In this document: positions 61,061 to 64,000 of the stretch, piece after piece
Numbering within the stretch: the stretch's first letter is position 1
Layout of the letters: the number at the start of each line of letters is the position of its first letter
Source: Lama glama
Taxonomy: Eukaryota
Direction: 5' to 3'
Length of the DNA: 64,000 bases
Assembly (NCBI GenBank): GCA_028534125.1
Contig: CM052818.1
Coordinates: 44,270,001-44,334,000 of the forward strand
Notes under the pieces: generated by a model
Seen by the model: the letters and a program-made list of their open reading frames with translations, nothing else
What the model was told of the DNA's origin: nothing
Databases searched by the model: none
Made by a program: the position numbers and the translations under genes

Positions 61061-61451
61061 AGAGACATCGTAAGCGTTCAATTAGTATTTGCCCTCCCTC
61101 CCTCCCTATTGCCTTCATTTGCACAACCTTGGAATCTAGTACCACTGTTTCCGATGTCAATATTCTTCCCAACATTTTTGTAGCCCTTCCTGCTTCCTCT
61201 CCATCAATGACATTTTCCAAACACACTTCAAGATCCAGTTGCAACATGACTCCAGTCCTGTAACAGATGTCATATGCTTTTCTTTGTTTAATATAAGCAA
61301 ATATAACATTGGTATTCACGTACTATTTCAGATTAAGATACAGCATCCCACAGGAGGCAAAAGCTTATTTTATTTAGTTATTTTTTTAACTCAGTATTTC
61401 TACATTTCTCTAGTTTCTCTGAAATCAATAAAGTAAAGCCTATTATTTTCA

Positions 61452-61502
61452 GTGCTCACTTTGGCATTAATAAAAGAGAAATCAGTATACTAATGTTGGA
61501 AC
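61452..61502 (+). pseudogene. Degenerate U6 snRNA 5' fragment
   Basis: gtgctcactttggca matches U6 nt 1-15 (GTGCTCGCTTCGGCA) apart from two CpG-type transitions. tatactaatgttggaac matches U6 nt 21-37 (TATACTAAAATTGGAAC) at 15/17. The 5 nt between them in U6 are replaced by 19 nt. Confidence 0.5.
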
Positions 61503-61819
61503 TTAAAATATTGACAGTAAGGAAGAAAACACTGATCATTTTTCATTTATGCATTTTGAAGCAGTGGGTCTGAAGTGGTAATATATTTATGAGCTGCTTT
61601 GAGAATGAGCACAATTATTAAACTGGGCTGTATGAAAAAGAAGTGATTACCCGAGGAGCTCTTTTCTATGTTTCAGATGCCATGCACCACTCCGTAAACA
61701 CTTAAAAAAAATACTTTTGCCTTAAAGGTGACTCAATTCCATTCAACAAACATTGAGACTAAGCTAGCACAAGACGCTGTGAGAGTTGCATATTAGAAAA
61801 ATCACATGTTCCTCTCCTG

Positions 61820-62168
61820 ACCCCTCCCTTCCCGAGCTAATGCCTCATTGTTCTTTAAGAGCTAGTTCAGACGCCTAGTTGCCGTCTCCTCCAAGAGTCT
61901 TTCTCTGCTCTTTGCAGCTGAGTTAAATGCTGCTGCTCTCCTGCCGGAGGCCACGTGCCGGCTGTTGTCACGGCATGGCTGCAATGCATCTTGGTTCCCT
62001 GTTTCTTCATTTGTCACTCGTAATAAATGTGAGCTCTGTAAGGATAGGGACCATTTATTTTATGCCTAAATCCACAGCACCTAGCCCAGTGTCTGGCCCA
62101 CCCAGGCATTTACTAAATGTTAAACAAACCAATAAATGGATGAGTCAATGAATGAATCAAAGAATGAG
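61820..62168 (+). mobile_element. LINE-2 3' end
   Basis: aatgtgagctctgtaaggatagggacc...ccacagcacctagcccagtgtctggcccacccaggcatttactaaatgtt...aatgaatgaat tail. Confidence 0.8.
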
Positions 62169-62689
62169 CCGAAGAGTCCATTGAATCAAGCATTTTAGCC
62201 AAAGATACACAGAAGGCATCTATGTAACCAGTGCCAGTGAACAGAAAACTAGAACAAGATGCGGAAACTGCAGAGTTTAGAAATTTCATTGAGATTACTT
62301 TCAATACTACATGCAAATCTGTGCTTCCATTAGCAGCTGCTATGAAGTGCTTCTTTCATTTAAAAAATAATGGTAATAATAATAGCGTATTAAAACATTC
62401 CTATACATTTGACTGAAGCTTTACATTTACAAATAATTTTCAAATATGTCATTTCATGTCATTTTCCGCACTTTGCAGGAAAGGAACAGAGCTCTGAGGA
62501 GCTATGGATCCCTGGGAACTGGTTCTGTGGTCTCCCGAGCTCTCTGTGACACCAGGGTCTATCCCGGTCTAATACTGCTCTGGAGGGTGACAGTGCTGTT
62601 TGTGATTATCACTAGACTGAATTCTGCAGTAAGACACACATGTTTTTCTGACAGCTGATGACAATTAAAGAATAGATTTGTCAAAAAAT

Positions 62690-63540
62690 AAATTGACCAA
62701 AATGATGTTTTCTCAGGCAAAATCTTCTCATATGTTGGCAATTTTTGTACACAAAGGGCCAGTACTCAAGCTTTGTATAAATCTTCTAGCATTTAATCCA
62801 TTTCTCAGAATGTATTTTACTCTTTCATTAATTCCATGAGACTTTTATATTGTTACAGAATTTATTCTTATTTTGCACACTTTTCTTTATTTCTAATTTA
62901 TCTTCAATTATGCTAGCCTTCAGATGGCATTTCTCATTTTTATCTAAGCAAACAATTTTCAGAAGTAGATGCTGAGAATCACTTCAAATGTTGATCATTT
63001 CTTGCCACTCCACATTGATTTTCTTAAAATACATTTTAAAGTAATTTGCCCATTCTCTAAGCTCATTTACTAAAATATATTTTAATTTAAAATTTATCAG
63101 ATATTATGCCTATTTTACTTATTTGGTTTTCACCACATTAAACTATGTCTATTTTATTTTAAAACACTTTTACCTAGTGTGAACATAAGTTTTGCTACCG
63201 CATGACATTATATTGCCACCATTTGACAGGACTTCTGAAGTCATAATTAAAGCTCTCGTGAAAGTAGTGTCTGATGTAGATTTAAAGAGAAAGCCTAACC
63301 ACAGGCTTAGAAAAATAAACTAAAATGAAAGTTTCCCATGAAAACTTCTGTAAAGATTCATAAATGATTAAAAAGAATGTATAAAGTATAATGAATGCTT
63401 GAAGATAGGTAAAAATCTACAAAATCACTCCAAGGTGCAGTGAAGTATCAATACATAAAAATATTTATTTTTGCCTCATTTGCTCTTTCAAGGTCATAAT
63501 GTAGGTTTATTGGTGGGACATCTGAACCCATAGCCTAATG
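62690..63540 (-). mobile_element. Possible decayed hAT-type DNA transposon internal fragment (AT-rich)
   Basis: Abruptly very AT-rich block with weak transposase-like snippets on the minus strand. Family not established. Confidence 0.3.
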
Positions 63541-63639
63541 AATGAGACTCATGATACTGTAATTTTAGTGATAGACTATTGAATATCTCTTTAATTACCT
63601 TCATAGGTTTCATTTATGTGTTCATTTTGACAAGGGGAT

Positions 63640-63800
63640 TTCCTCCCTAAAGGACACGTCAATAATCTTGGTCAAGAAATGTTGGTTAGGAGATACTATT
63701 ATTATTATCTCCGTTTTACTGATGAGGAACACAGTCCAATGATTAACATGCATACAACTAATGACAATATAAAGCAGAACAATATCGGGTCTAACATGAA
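63640..63800 (-). mobile_element. MIR SINE
   Basis: taggagatactattattattatctccgttttactgatgaggaac...catacaactaatga...aaagcagaac. Confidence 0.7.
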
Positions 63801-64000
63801 TGTCAGCTAATCACTAAAGATTTGTCTACTTCACCCAAGCCAACTTTCCTTGTGTACTTGGTCGCCTCTGGCAGGACAATGTGCCATAAAACGATTTCTC
63901 ATTCAGCCCATGATTTCTGTCTCCTTTGTACTTAATACACTGCATTCCCAGGCCTGTTAGATGCTGTGCATGTGACTGCACAAAGAATAGAAGATGATGT

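Noticed and set aside
242..62148. Scattered AP-1 (TGASTCA) sites and G-quadruplex-like G runs (e.g. 3257-3285, 20370-20402, 28486-28517)
   Set aside because: Their number looks compatible with chance in GC-rich mammalian DNA, and the 28486 run is the normal L1 3' UTR G tract.
1..64000. The short ORFs in the six-frame track as protein-coding genes, including the longest (29442-30014, 28804-29340, 5336-5827, 44704-45171)
   Set aside because: No recognisable domains. Many start at GTG/TTG, overlap on both strands, or run through MIR, L2 or microsatellite sequence, as expected for chance ORFs in mammalian non-coding DNA.
1..64000. Prokaryote-type systems (CRISPR array, operon, defence island) or a novel multi-gene system
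   Set aside because: The sequence is mammalian and repeat-rich. I saw no regularly spaced repeat-spacer array and no gene-dense segment.

Overview
This is eutherian mammalian nuclear DNA, most likely camelid (camel, llama or alpaca). The assignment rests on a tRNA-derived SINE resembling the camelid Vic-1 family (43359-43491), cetartiodactyl-type L1 3' ends, and my seeing no Alu, B1/B2, Bov-A/BovB, PRE-1 or Can-SINE copies. I could not recognise any host protein-coding exon. The short ORFs in the track look like chance ORFs, and the only recognisable protein sequence is decayed L1 ORF2 and hAT transposase. The window reads as intronic or intergenic sequence full of repeats: L1, L2, MIR, MaLR LTRs, hAT DNA transposons and microsatellites. 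The most notable observations are as follows. (1) All 12 recognisable L1 pieces lie on the + strand, hinting at a minus-strand host transcript. (2) One L1 has a young body joined to an older-type 3' end. (3) A near-full-span old L1 has large internal deletions. (4) Two L1 tails look like short 3' transductions. (5) There is a split U6 5' fragment. (6) A MaLR LTR, its internal region and a second LTR are nested inside an L2. (7) There is a CpG-rich GAAA-tetraloop hairpin and a strong CTCF-type motif. I found no convincing previously undescribed biological system. Repeat family names come from my recall of consensus sequences, not from a database search, and boundaries of old repeats are approximate.
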